Source: Amphiscolops sp. MND2022
Taxonomy: Eukaryota
Direction: 5' to 3'
DNA: 64,000 nt
Assembly: GCA_964187785.1 (NCBI GenBank)
Contig: OZ076409.1
Location: forward strand, 4,404,001 to 4,468,000
The position numbers were made by a program, and so were the translations under genes. Shown here piece after piece: positions 1-13,655 of this stretch; the first letter of the stretch is position 1, and each line of letters begins with the position of its first letter. The notes beneath the pieces are model-generated. The model did no database searches and was not told where the DNA came from. It saw only the letters and a program-made list of their open reading frames with translations.

Positions 1-1186
1 ATAGATCAAGCTGAGAAGTAAGTAAAGATGAAGAAATATTTTGTTCATTACTGTGATCAAAAGGTCTTGAAATGGTTCGTCCTGATGAACAAATTCTTCT
101 GTTTCCTAGCGTGTAATTCGTCTTCACTGTGATGATTCAGTGAAATATTCATTCTCGATGAAGTATTATGTTCATTGATTTTTTCCAAGATGTTTCAATA
201 CATTCTTTTTTAGTTGTTTGTGCAGATTTTTTCTGTAAATTTCAAATGTGCAGAATTTTGAAAGCTAATCCTTTTCTCAGTCGACTTCATTTGTTTGAGT
301 GTGCTCTTTTGATTGGACAGTGTGATGAGTGACGTCATTTCTGAAAGCTGACCGACCGACAAAGGGAGAGCTAGTTCTCAATACTTTTGGTAGTGCTCTT
401 ATTTTTATGTTACGTCATACATGTATCAAGAAATCACGAGTTAAAGTTTGTTCACTGAGATGAACATGGCCAATAAGAGATTGAAATCATCGATCGTTAA
501 ACAGCCACGCCGTGCAGTCGAAGAGCTAAAATCATTAACAAAAATCAAAAACATCAAAGGCCCAACTAAAAAAAAACGAATTGTTCACTGTGCACCAGTC
601 TTCACAAAACTTCAATTTACTTCAGAGTCTTGAACAGAGCAAGAACAATATTGGGCGAATCTCTTTCGGTGTTTGATTCCACCTTACAATAGTACTAGAC
701 GTGTACGGTTGAACGGAGAGAGTCAAGAGAAAGAAAAGTGTTAAGAAAAGAAAGTTACTTACGTGATTGGAGAAGGATCGTCTTCAGTCGGGTGTTGCTT
801 GATAGGTTAATTAGTGGTTAATGATGTTCAAGAATATGGTAGTGTTGTTATTACATAAATGGTCGCACATATTCCAATTGAAATGTAAAATTTTCCTTGG
901 CTTTTTTCACATTTTCCTAAAATCCTACTTAGATTTCATGTCAACCTCCTAACTGCTCACTCAGTGGCTCATTTAGAAAAACTCTACCAGGTAGAAAAAA
1001 ATGCAATTAGTTATCTACCTTTCCAAAATTCATTCTACCTGCTGATTTTGTTGTCAATAAGAACAGAAATTACCGATAATATGAGATTAATAACAAGAGT
1101 ATTTTGAGTTTAAATTGTGGTGAATATCCGAAGTCTCACAAGGACCACACACTATTCACCACAACAGCGCTGAATGGAAGCTAGTT

Positions 1187-1799
1187 TTAAAGGATGCCGA
1201 TCATTCTGTAGTGGTACCACTGTGGTAGCTGCTCTGTGGAAAGGGCAGTTGCTGGCGCGATGCTGCATATGTGGAACTTTTTGTTCTCAACAGCAACCCT
1301 CTTGTCAATTGCAGGGTTGAACCATCCTTGGATGGTGAAGCCTTGGGACCCGTTCACACTTGCAATCAGTTTCTCAACAGCGGCGTCTAACTCGAACTTC
1401 GAGTTTTTCATTGTCGCCCTTAAGGCAACGAGCAGTCGGGGTGACAAAGACATTGGTGAGGGCGTTTGAATTCACTCGGAAAACATCACCGACATTGTTT
1501 GTTTCCGTGGTGAGCTCGGGGCACGTGAAGGCAAGGGAGATAGCCCAGGTTCTGTCCTGGTTTGTTTCGAGGCGCGGGCATGGATCGTGGTAAGTCTGCC
1601 CGTCACAAAGCCTAGATAGACAGACACTTTCGGCAACCAATGCGGAGTATAGCTTAAGGGCTTTCGTGGTAAAGAGAAAACCGCCGTAGTTGCTGTTCTC
1701 CACGTCGAATGGCGGCGGAACGGAAACATTAGTCGGAGCGGCAATCGGTACCAGGGGCTCATTCGTTGTCACTAATGGGGTAGAACTGGTAATTGACAT
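1187..1799 (-). pseudogene. Frameshifted gene of unknown function (about 200 aa if ORFs 1374-1799 and 1187-1453 are joined)
   Basis: Two overlapping minus-strand ORFs in a GC-richer block, with Cys-rich CLSRLCDGQ..PCP. Its 5' leader and first codons are those of the adjacent tandem-array unit. Family not recognised. Confidence 0.45.
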
Positions 1800-4700
1800 T
1801 TCCGTGGGAAGAAAACATTTTGAATCTGAAAAATGAGGAAATTAGAATCTAAACTGTATAAACAGCAGTATGTGCATAAGTACAATAAATTAGAAGTGAA
1901 ATGTACTCGTGATAATTTGATACTGATAATATACTGGAAGTATTTTGATGAATTTTTACGATTTACTGGCGCTGTTATATTCTAATCTGTGCTTTTTCTG
2001 AGTTGAGAAGTTGAGGGTATATACGAGATGATTACGAATACTATGAGGTGATGGATTACATCTGATCAGCTCGCAGGGGATAGGAGTTGATTTCACCCCT
2101 ACTGTATACTTACATCTAATACACACATGTATTTATTATTTAGACACAGGTATTGGACGTACTGTAATGCAGGTGTATTGCCTCCCTAACACTGATTTAC
2201 ACTACACTCCCTAACATTATGTCACTCGGAAAAGTGTCATTCATTTAATGCATTCATGGTCATTCATTGTTGAAAGAAAAACGATAATGTTACACAATAT
2301 TGACAATATTATGTACTGACTTCTCATTCCATTTGGAACTATTCATGTTCAGAAACAGTCGAGGTCGAAAATTTTCAGGTGAAAGCCTCTCGGAAACGTA
2401 ATCTGTTGGTAAGGACTGAGAAGATAGAGCTCCCAATCCGGATCACTTGTTCCAATGAATTGGTAAATTTCAAAATACCCATGCAGTGATGACCAATTTT
2501 ATTGAAACAGTGAGCGAGTATAGTAGCAATAATTTTTTGTTTTATGAATTTGGAATTCAACTTTCAGTTTCTGTTCCGTCTCGAAATGAATATCAATTGA
2601 AAAAAGTTCGCATGCATGATCTAATTCCGATAGGTAAATGTTTCCAATCAGAAAGTCAAACAAAGACACAGAACGAAATATTCACTGTGCCCCAGTCTTC
2701 ACAAAACTTCAATTTACTTCAGAGTCTTGAACAGAGGAAGAACAATATTGGGCGAATCTCTTTCGGTGTTTGAATCCACCTTACAATTGTCAACTCCAGC
2801 GACTGAAAACCCTTTTGAGAATGGGTCTCTTAATAAGCTGTGCGTGAAGAAACAACCTGACAATGGTGTCACCGTGCTGTCTAGACACTGGAATGAGGCG
2901 ACCTTTTCTGATTCTCATTAGGTTCAGTTTCGCGTTGCGAGCGGCTCCTTAGGTTGTTTCGCGGTCCTTGCCGCACTGCAGTCCAACGTAGTCTCTGCCA
3001 TGTCATACACCAACGAATGTTCTGTAGCGGTGCGGGCCATCGCTAATCGGTACCATTTTCAAGGTCGTCACAACAAGCTGATTACCGAAAAAGTAGTCGG
3101 CTGTCTCGGGTTCTATATATCAAACCAGCTGTTCCGGACGGTTGCGTAGATTAAGGAAGCGCCTGCTCTGGTATTCCTTCCGTTTTTTTGGGTGCCATCG
3201 TTTGACCAGTTCAGGGAAAGTGAAAGGGTTTGGTAGTAGATGGGGTAGAACTGGTAGTTGACATCTCCGTGGGAAGAAAATATTTTTAATCTGAAAAATG
3301 AGGAAATTAGAATCTAAACTGTATAAACAGCAGTATGTGCATAAGTACAATAAAATAGAGGTGAAATGTACTGGTGATAATTTGATACTGATAATATGCT
3401 GGAAGTATTTTGATGAATTTTTACGATTTACTGGCGCTGTGATATTCTATTCTGTGCTTTTTCTGAGTTGAGAAGTTGAGGGTATATACGAGATGATTAC
3501 GAATACTATAAGGTGATGGATTACATCTGATCAGCTCGCAAGGGATAGGAGTTGATTTCACCCCTACTGTATACTTACATCTAATACACACATGTATTTA
3601 TTATTTAGACACAGGAATTGGACGTACTGTAATGCAGTTGTATTGCCTCCCTAACACTCATTTACACTACACTCCCTAACATTATGTCACTAAAAAAAGT
3701 GTCATTCATTTAATGCATTCATGGTCATTCATTGTTGAAAGAAAAACGATAATGTTACACAATATTGACAATATCATGTACTGACTTCTCATTCCATTTG
3801 GAACTATTCATGTTCAGAAACAGCGGTGGTCGAAAATTTTCAGGTGAAAGCCTCTCGGAAAGTAATCTGTTGGTAAGGACTGAGCAGATAGAGCTCCCAA
3901 TCCGGATCACTTGTTCCAATGAAAGGGTAAATTTCAAAATACCCATGCAGTGATGACCAATTTTATTGAAACAGTTAGCGAGTATAGTAGCAATAATTTT
4001 TTGTTTCATGAATTTAGAATTCAACTTTCAGTTTCTGTTCCGTCTCGAAATGAATATCAATTGAAAAAAGTTCGCATGCATGATCTAATTCCGATAGGTA
4101 AATGTTTCCAATCAGAAAGTCAAACAGTCACAGAACGAAATTTTCACTGTGCCCCAGTCTTCACAAAACTTCAATTTACTTCAGAGTCTTGAACAGAGCA
4201 AGAACAATATTGGGCGAATCTCTTTCGGTGTTTGATTCAACCTTACAATTGTCAACTCCAGCGACTGAAAACCCTTTTGAGAATGGGTCTCTTAATAAGC
4301 TGTGCGTGAAGAAACAACCTGACAATGGTGTCACCGTGCTGTCTAGACACTGGAATGAGGCGACCTTTTCTGATTCTCATCAGGTTCAGTTTCGCGTTGC
4401 GAGCGGCTCCTTAGGTTGTTTCGCGGTCCTTGCCGCACCGCAGTCCAACGTAGTCTCTGCCATGTCATACACCAACGAATGTTCTGTAGCGGTGCGGGCC
4501 ATCACTAATCGGTGCCTTTTTCAAGGTCGCCACAACAAGCTGATTACCGAAAAAGTAGTCGGCTGTCTCGGGTTCTATATATCAAACCAGCTGTTCCAGA
4601 CGGTTGCTTAGATTAAGGAAGCGCCTGCTCTGGTATTCCTTCCGGTTTTTTTGGGTGCCATCGTTTGACCAGTTCAGGGAAAGTGAAAGGGTTTGGTAGT

Positions 4701-7700
4701 AGATGGGGTAGAACTGGTAGTTGACATCTCCATGGGAAGAAAATATTTTTAATCTGAAAAATGAGGAAATTAGAATCTAAACTGTATAGACAGCAGTATG
4801 TGCATAAGTACAATAAAATAGAAGTGAAATATACTGGTGATAATTTGATACTGATAATATACTGGAAGTATTTTGATGAATTTTTACGATTTAGTGGCGC
4901 TGTGATATTCTATTCTGTGCTTATTCTGAGTTGAGAAGTTGAGGGTATATACGAGATGATTACGAAAACTACAAGGTGATGGATTACATCTGATCAGCTC
5001 GCAAGGGATAGGAGTTGATTTCACCCCTACTATATACTTACACCTAATACCCACATGTATTTATCATTTACACACAGGAATAGGAAGTACTGTAATGCAG
5101 GTGTATTGCCTCCCTAACACTGATTTACACTACACTCCCTAACATTATGTCACTCGGAAAAGTGTCATTCATTTAATGCATTCATGGTCATTCATTGTTG
5201 AAAGAAAAACGATAATGTTACACAATATTGACAATATCATGTACTGACTTCTCATTCCATTTGGAACTATTCATGTTCAGAAACAGCCGTGGTCGAAAAT
5301 TTTCAGGTGAAAGCCTCTCGGAAACGTAATCTGTTGGTAAGGACTGAGCAGATAGAGCTCCCAATCCGGATCACTTGTTCCAATGAAAGGGTAAATTTCA
5401 AAATACCCATGCAGTGATGACCAATTTTATTGAAACAGTGAGCGAGTATAGTAGCAATAATTTTTTGTTTTATGAATTTGGAATTCAACTTTCAGTTTCT
5501 GTTCCGTCTCGAAATGAATATCAATTGAAAAAAGTTCGCATGCATGATCTAATTCCGATAGGTAAATGTTTCCAATCAGAAAGTCAAACAAAGTCACAGA
5601 ACGAAATATTCACTGTGCCCCAGTCTTCACAAAACTTCAATTTACTTCAGAGTCTTGAACAGAGCAAGAACAATCTTGGGCGAATCTCTTTCGGTGTTTG
5701 ATTCCACCTTACAATTGTCAACTCCAGCGACTGAAAACCCTTTTGAGAATGGGTCTTTTAATAAGCTGTGCGTGAAGAAACAACCTGACAATGGTGTCAC
5801 CGTGCTGTCTAGACACTGGAATGAGGCGACCTTTTCTGATTCTCATTAGGTTCAGTTTCGCGTTGCGAGCGGCTCCTTAGGTTGTTTCGCGGTCCTTGCC
5901 GCACCGCAGTCCAACGTAGTCTCTGCCATGTCATACACCAACGAATGTTCTGTAGCGGTGCGGGCCATCGCTAATCGGTACCATTTTCAAGGTCGCCACA
6001 ACAAGCTGATTACCGAAAAAGTAGTCGGCTGTCTCGGGTTCTATATATCAAACCAGCTGTTCCGGACGGTTGCGTAGATTAAGGAAGCGCCTGCTCTGGT
6101 ATTCCTTCCGGTTTTTTGGGTGCCATCGTTTGACCAGTTCAGGGAAAGTGAAAGGGTTTGGTAGTAGATGGGGTAGAACTGGTAGTTGACATCTCCGTGG
6201 GAAGAAAATATTTTTAATCTGAAAAATGAGGAAATTAGAATCTAAACTGTATAGACAGCAGTATGTGCATAAGTACAATAAAATAGAAGTGAATTATACT
6301 GGTGATAATTTGATACTGATAATATACTGGAAGTATTTTGATGAATTTTTACGATTTAGTGGCGCTGTGATATTCTATTCTGTGCTTATTCTGAGTTGAG
6401 AAGTTGAGGGTATATACGAGATGATTACGAAAACTACAAGGTGATGGATTACATCTGATCAGCTCGCAAGGGATAGGAGTTGATTTCACCCCTACTATAT
6501 ACTTACACCTAATACCCACATGTATTTATCATTTACACACAGGAATAGGAAGTACTGTAATGCAGGTGTATTGCCTCCCTAACACTGATTTACACTACAC
6601 TCCCTAACATTATGTCACTCGGAAAAGTGTCATTCATTTAATGCATTCATGGTCATTCATTGTTGAAAGAAAAACGATAATGTTACACAATATTGACAAT
6701 ATCATGTACTGACTTCTCATTCCATTTGGAACTATTCATGTTCAGAAACAGTCGTGGTCGAAAATTTTCAGGTGAAAGCCTCTCGGAAACGTAATCTGCT
6801 GGTAAGGACTGAGAAGATAGAGCTCCCAATCCGGATCACTTGTTCCAATGAATTGGTAAATTTCAAAATACCCATGCAGTGATGACCAATTTTATTGAAA
6901 CAGTGAGCGAGTATAGTAGCAATAATTTTTTGTTTTATGAATTTGGAATTCAACTTTCAGTTTCTGTTCCGTCTCGAAATGAATATCAATTGAAAAAAGT
7001 TCGCATGCATGATCTAATTCCGATAGGTAAATGTTTCCAATCAGAAAGTCAAACAAAGACACAGAACGAAATATTCACTGTGCCCCAGTCTTCACAAAAC
7101 TTCAATTTACTTCAGAGTCTTGAACAGAGGAAGAACAATATTGGGCGAATCTCTTTCGGTGTTTGAATCCACCTTACAATTGTCAACTCCAGCGACTGAA
7201 AACCCTTTTGAGAATGGGTCTCTTAATAAGCTGTGCGTGAAGAAACAACCTGACAATGGTGTCACCGTGCTGTCTAGACACTGGAATGAGACGACCTTTT
7301 CGGATTCTCATTAGGTTCAGTTTCGCGTTGCGAGCGACTCCTTAGGTTGTTTCGCGGTCCTTGCCGCACCGCAGTCCAACGTAGTCTTTGCCATGTCCTA
7401 TACCAACGAATGTTCTGTAGCGGTGCTGGCCATCGCCAATCGGTACCATTTTCAAGGTCACTGCAACAAGCTGATTACCGAAAAAGTAGTCGGCTGTCTC
7501 GCGTTCTATATATCAAACCAGCTGTTCCGGACGGTTGCGTAGATTAAGGAAGCGCCTGCTCTGGTATTCCTGCCGGTTTGTTTTTTTTGGGTGCCATCGT
7601 TTGACCAGTTCAGGGAAAGTGAAGGGGTTTGGTAGTAGATGGGGTAGAACTGGTAATTGACATTTCCGTGGGAAGAAAACATTTTGAATCTGAAAAATGA

Positions 7701-9217
7701 GGAAATTAGAATCTAAACTGTATAAACAGCAGTATGTGCATAAGTACAATAAATTAGAAGTGAAATGTACTCGTGATAATTTGATACTGATAATATACTG
7801 GAAGTATTTTGATGAATTTTTACGATTTACTGGCGCTGTTATATTCTAATCTGTGCTTTTTCTGAGTTGAGAAGTTGAGGGTATATACGAGATGATTACG
7901 AATACTATGAGGTGATGGATTACATCTGATCAGCTCGCAAGGGATAGGAGTTGATTTCACCCCTACTGTATACTTACATCTAATACACACATGTATTTAT
8001 TATTTAGACACAGGAATTGGACGTACTGTAATGCAGTTGTATTGCCTCCTTAACACTCATTTACACTACACTCCCTAACATTATGTCACTCAAAAAAGTG
8101 TCATTCATTTAATGCATTTATGGTCATTCATTGTTGAAAGAAAAGCGATAATGTTACACAATATTGACAATATCCTGTACTGTCTTCCCATTCCATTTGG
8201 AACTATTCATATTCAGAAACAGCCGTGGTCGAAAATGTTCAGGTGAAGGCCTCTTGGAAACGAAATCTGTTGGTAAGGACTGAGTAGATAGAGCTCCAAA
8301 TCCGGATCACTTGTTTCAATGAAAGGGTAAATTTCAAAATACCCATGCAGTGATGACCAATTTTATGGAAACATTGAGCGAGTATAGTAGCAATCATTTT
8401 TTGTTTTGTGAATTTGGAATTCAACTTTCAGTTTCTGTTCCGTCTCGAAGTGAATATCAATTGAAAAAAGCTGCATGCATGATCTAATTCCGAAAGGTAA
8501 ATATTTCCAATCAGAAAGTCAAACAAATTCACACAACGGAATATCCACTGTGCCCCAGTCTTCACAAAACTTCAGTTTGCTTCAGAGTCTTGAACACAGC
8601 AAGAACAATATTGGGGGAATCTCTTTCGGTGTTTGATTCCACCTTACAATTGTCAACTCCAGTGACTGAAAAGCTCTTGAGAATTGGTCTCTTAATAAGC
8701 TGGCCTTGTCTTCCCTGAACTTGTCGACAGTTGGCATGTCACAGAAGTCCAACCATGTCTACGTCTACTGCCTTTCCTTCATGGATCGATTGAATGTTGA
8801 CCTATAGGAAAGCAGCGCCAACCTCACACTTTCGCGTTTAATCAACCGTCTCGAGGACGGTCCCTCGTTTCCGTATTTTTTGCGTGAAGACAACGGTGCC
8901 ACCGTGCTGTCTAGTTATTGGAATGAGGCACGATTTTCTGATTCTCATTAGGTTCAGTTTCGCGTTGCGAGCGGCTCCTTAGGTTGTTTCGCGGTAGACT
9001 GTCTCGGGTTCTTTCATATCAAACCAGCTGTTCCGGACTGCTGCGTAGTCCTCGGAAGCGCCCGCTTTGTTGATCCTTCAGGATTGCGTTTTTGGGTGTT
9101 ATTTGTTGACCGATTCAGGTAAAGTGACGAGGTTTGGTAGAACTTGTAAATTTCATCGTGGAAAGAAAACATTTTTAATCTGAGAAATGAGGAAATTAGA
9201 ATCTAAACTGTATAAAC
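1775..9217. repeat. Tandem array of 5 units of about 1.47 kb
   Basis: Marker GAATCTAAACTGTATA recurs at 1845, 3310, 4773, 6238, 7709 and 9199 (periods 1465, 1463, 1465, 1471, 1490). The last unit is more diverged. A detached fragment lies at about 584-689. Confidence 0.97.
7107..7530 (-). pseudogene. Decayed, divergent ribosomal protein uS5 (RPS2)-like frame, present once per array unit (representative copy)
   Basis: Manual translation gives ERETADYFFGNQLVAVTLKMVPIGDGQHRYRTFVGIGHGKDYVGLRCGKDRETT*GVARNAKLNLMRIRKG...HGDTIVRLF...PILKRVF/AGVDNC...PNIVL.LFKTLK, collinear with eukaryotic uS5 motifs. It has a stop and frameshifts. Confidence 0.6.
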
Positions 9218-9932
9218 GGCGAATGCGATTTTGCTAGTCGTCTTTTCTAGTCCGTGTAGAATCAGAGGTGTTGTAAACCGGTATAGTGCTTAATTGCGCG
9301 CTATATAAAGAATTCACATTAGTGGTATAGTTTTATTGATGCAGTAAATGGTTATTGTACCCTGACGCAGAATTATTACTGTGCCTCACAGGGTCCTTTT
9401 TACTTGAGATGGGTCACTCGTAGACTTAGACTTTTTGCCTATCAGGGGTTCATTTGCTAAGAATTAGAGTCAAATTATAAAAAGTTGCGTAGGTTGTCAA
9501 ATCTAAGTAATCGAGGCTGCTGTAATGCGTGTACACAAAATTTGTCAAATGTACCAAAACTTTTTTCGGCCATTGAAACGTAATCTCACTCGTTGATGCT
9601 TCACACAAGTTCCATTCTCTTTTGCTGGGGAAACATACCATTTTCCTAGTTCTGCCTCCCTTTGCTCTAAGATCTTTCCTTCTCAGATGCGGGTTTACAA
9701 TCTGCTATTTTCTTCGGGTGTTTTTTGGAGCATGGGTGATGATAGAATAACTCAAGGTCCCATAGGTTTCAAAAATGAAATGTAGCTCTTCTAGCTCTAT
9801 AAACGGATGCCTTGACTTGAAGAGGTCCGTAAAAACTTCAAGTGATTTCTGAACATGTATTAGCAGATCCTCGTAAATTGAACATCTGCTAAATGGGCCC
9901 ACATTGCTCAATCACCGGAACATGTGTTTCAG

Positions 9933-12900
9933 TTCCCATCAACAATAGTTTGCCACAAATCCGAAGTCATTCATCCAGTGGTTACCGATTCTTTGGACTA
10001 CGAAGCAGAGCTGGCGGTCATAATTGGCAAATCTGGCAGTAGGATTCCAGAGAGCGAAGCTTTTCATCATGTGTTTGGTTACACAGTGGCAAATGACATC
10101 TCCGCTCGTGATTGGCAGAAAAACAGGAACGGCAAACAGTGGATTTTGGGAAAGAGCATGAATACATTTTGTCCATTAGGTTAGAATAGTCCCAAGTAGG
10201 TCCGACTCTTAAGTGACATTTTTTGACAGACCTCATACCTAATTAGGTCCCCCTGTAATTTTCTGATGTTTTGCAACAATTGATGCTGAAAAATCCGCAA
10301 GGTTCCCCCTGTTAGCGCGCCAGGTTCGGTCCAACTTTTGGGCTTTTCGGGTACTGTAAAAGAGAATACTTGACATTTTGAAGTCCTTTTGCTATTTTTG
10401 AACCTTAGACATGGCGCCGACTTGGGCCGTTCCCGGCTTGTTTTTAGACTAATTTTGGCTTCCTTTCTCAGATCCGAGCCATACTCTTCTGTTACCAAAC
10501 TATGTTTTTTGCGCATCCCGGTAATGTGATGTTTCAGGCCCCGGCATCTGCAAGAGAGATCTGATCGCGGATCCGCACAAGCTGGACATCCAGTGCGAGG
10601 TGAACGGACAGCTGCGGCAGAGCAGCAACACCAGTAACCTCATCCACAACATCCCATCAATCATCGCCTACGTGTCCACTCTCATCACTCTGCGAGTCGG
10701 TGACGTCATCCTCACAGGCTAGCGAGCAACTTTGTTTCACGGCTTTTTCCTTTGAAAATAACCAATCAACGTGAAGGATTATATTTAATAATCTGTATCG
10801 TTTAAAATTTCTTGAAATAAATCTTTTCCTTTGTTTTGTTGTCTCCATTCAACTCACTTTGTTGCACTCACACATGGAAAAGTGTGGGGAAAAGAAAAAC
10901 TTTCCTGTTTCTCAACATTTTGCGTCACTTTTTAAAGAATGCCGTCACTTATTTGAAGGAAACGTTTTTCTAATTGTAATGCTCCAAAAATGTGGTGGCT
11001 TCTATTTTTGTAATTGAGCAAACGTTCTGCATCTTTTCAATAAATATTATAAACCAGTAAATATAATTTCTGATCAACCCTTTTGCAGGAGGCTTTGATA
11101 GGAACTAAATGTATCACATTCATGTTGGCAGACCGCAAGTCTGATATTTTTCGTTTGTTAGTATAAGTGCTTTTTCAGATTTTTTTTTCAATTTTTGAAC
11201 GATTGTATTCCGAAAAAACGTCCAGAGATTTCATAATGTGGCTCCTATTTTAGGAATCGGGAAAAATATTTGCCCTTTCTACTAGCATTTGCCAGTTGTT
11301 TTAGAAGGCGGAAAAAATCGAGTAATGCACTCGTACTTTAGTTTTCTTCCGATCTTTCAATGAAAATTCTCAAAAACTGACCATTCTGAATTACTCGAAG
11401 GAAACCATCTACCCTAGAAATTAGGGGTGTGCGGTTAAGGAAAAATTTAAACTCGGTCAATGATCACTCAATGACAGCTTATTAATTGAAAAGTCGGTGA
11501 AAATCAATGAATTCAGAAAAGGTTAAAGAATCATTATTTGCTGTAGAAATACTTTGCACTTTGCCTCCCACTGGAAATGATGTTACCTCCGTCACTCCAT
11601 ACTCTTTCACTTGTTCGGCTGTTCCGGGTATAGATAAATACTCGAGAGCCAAATTTGCGAGTGCCGGAAATTGGACCTGATTTTTTACATAGCTTTCTAA
11701 AAACAGCCAATGAGAATTGAGATTGATTCATTGACTGAAATTTTTCAGCGCTGATAAAACCAATGAATTAATGAATTCATTGGTTTTCATTGAAATATCA
11801 ATTACTCGCACACCCCTACTAGAAATAATTTGGTCAATTTCCTTGCAGGTACCCCGAGTGGAGTGGGAATATTCATGAACCCACCAGGCGAGGCTGCTAT
11901 CATGATTGAAACAAGTGTTTCCTTGACAGTTGGTTGGTTCTATTTGAGCATCCGTCCGTTCCTTTTGCTTTCCACTTTCGATCCACTTTTCTTATTGCTA
12001 CCGAAGCAGTACATGAACAGTACTTTCTGAAGGTTTTTACGAATCGGAAAAAATATCCGACTACTTGTGCAATCGTGACTTTTCTGCCGACCTTTCAATG
12101 AAAATTTCAAATTTCTCAAACCTGTTCATACGAATTTGCACAGTCATCATACACCCAAAGGTGCTCCCGTGTTCACAATGGCATCAAAATAGTATGACTG
12201 GGATGTGAGAAACAAAGCCAAAATTAGCCCAAAAATGACGAAAACACAGCCATTTTTGGATTTTTTTCAATTTTCTCAAAAACTCTTCATACAGTTCAAA
12301 CGGATTTGAAAGAATTTCAATGGAGTCTTTCTATACCATATAAGGGCCACATATGTGCAATTTCATCAAAATCGTATGACTGGGATTCGACCGAATCAGA
12401 ACGAAAAAGACCTGAGCCGACTCCTTTATCGCACATGCGGTTCTGGTTTAGCTGTGAGATCATACATGTATTATTGGGGATGCTACAAATTGCCGATTTA
12501 ATAAACGTAACAAAATAGCCGAATTTGAAGCGTATTAACAAAAAAGCCGATTCAGAGGCATAACAAAATGGCCAATTTTCAATTGAGACGAACTACCAGA
12601 CAGTTAAAAAGAGTGAAATAAACGTACCGGTGCTTCTCTTTCAATTTCCAAGACGAAATTGACAGATGTTTATGAACTGTTGACTTATTTTAAAATGCTT
12701 TTTGAACAACACGCAACAAAAAATGTTCCTAAAAGAATTTTTCAACTTCTATTGTCTTTATATCGTCCATGAGTATAGTATGATCTTCTCTTTTCAAGGT
12801 AGGACCATTTTTTAGTCGGCGGCTTTTCTCGAGAAAAGGGTCGACTATAGTCATGGCTTTTCGTCAGTTTTTTTCGATGCACCTCAACTGTCCAAAATAG

Positions 12901-13604
12901 TTCTACCAAAAGTTCTACCCTTCAATTTTGGCAATCTGTATACTACCTTTGAACAGTAAACGAGTCCCCTTCGACAATAACAACCCATACTGGATTTAAC
13001 GGAAACCGGATATAACGAAATCCGGATATAATGTTTCTTGGAGAATGTTAGAAAAGGGATATAATGGATATAACGTAACCGGATATAACGAAATCCGGAT
13101 ATAATGTTTCTTGGAGAATGTTAGAAAAGGGATATAACGGATATAACCGATATAACGGATATAACGAATCCGGATATAATGTTTCTTGGAGAATGTTAGA
13201 AAAGTGATATAACGGATATAACCGATATAACGGATATAACGAAACCGGATATAACGAAATCCGGATATAATGTTTCTTGGAGAATGTTAGAAAAGGGTCC
13301 CCTTTCGATTTTTAGGATTTTTAGAGTTGATACAAAATGTGGAATACTATGTGTGATACTATGTGGAAAATTGGCCATTTTGTCGGTAATATTTAAAATG
13401 CAATATTTTGACTCGTTGGTTCGTTTCCAGCAAAAGCAGAAAACAAAATTTGAAAACATGTTTTTGAAGTCATTGTTGTCAAATAATGAGGAAAGCAGCC
13501 TTGCCTCTCCTCCCGTAGAGTTTCTGAAGCCTGGAGATACTGTCAAATGTAGCATCGAAGGGATCGGGGAGCTGGAAAACACAATTGTCCAAGAGAAGAT
13601 CTGA
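9933..13604 (+). CDS. FAHD2: Fumarylacetoacetate hydrolase domain-containing protein 2-like, 3' exons join(9933-10179,10538-10717,11849-11887,13519-13604); 5' exons not found in window
   Basis: Motifs [53 protein letters not shown] and FLKPGD. Exons sum to 552 nt with compatible phases; two donors are GC. Confidence 0.92.
11422..11818. mobile_element. hAT-derived non-autonomous element
   Basis: TIR TAGGGGTGTGCG...CGCACACCCCTA and 8-bp TSD CTAGAAAT (11414-11421, 11819-11826). Minus-strand [12 protein letters not shown] resembles the hAT dimerization motif. Confidence 0.85.
12990..13296. repeat. Minisatellite built from GGATATAAC subunits plus ATGTTTCTTGGAGAATGTTAGAAAAG (4 copies)
   Basis: Directly visible tandem repeats of variable period. 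Confidence 0.9.
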
Positions 13605-13655
13605 TCTGACTGCAAGACGAGGTCGCCGGCAAACCGAAACTTTTTTGGGTGTTAA

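Noticed and set aside
2375..8424. Repeated short ORFs in the track (e.g. 4102-4611 plus strand) as genes
   Set aside because: Non-ATG starts or stops that vary among units; the coding signal is on the opposite strand.
9450..9911. Minus-strand frame of about 150 codons with one internal stop
   Set aside because: No recognisable motif; cannot be distinguished from chance or TE debris.
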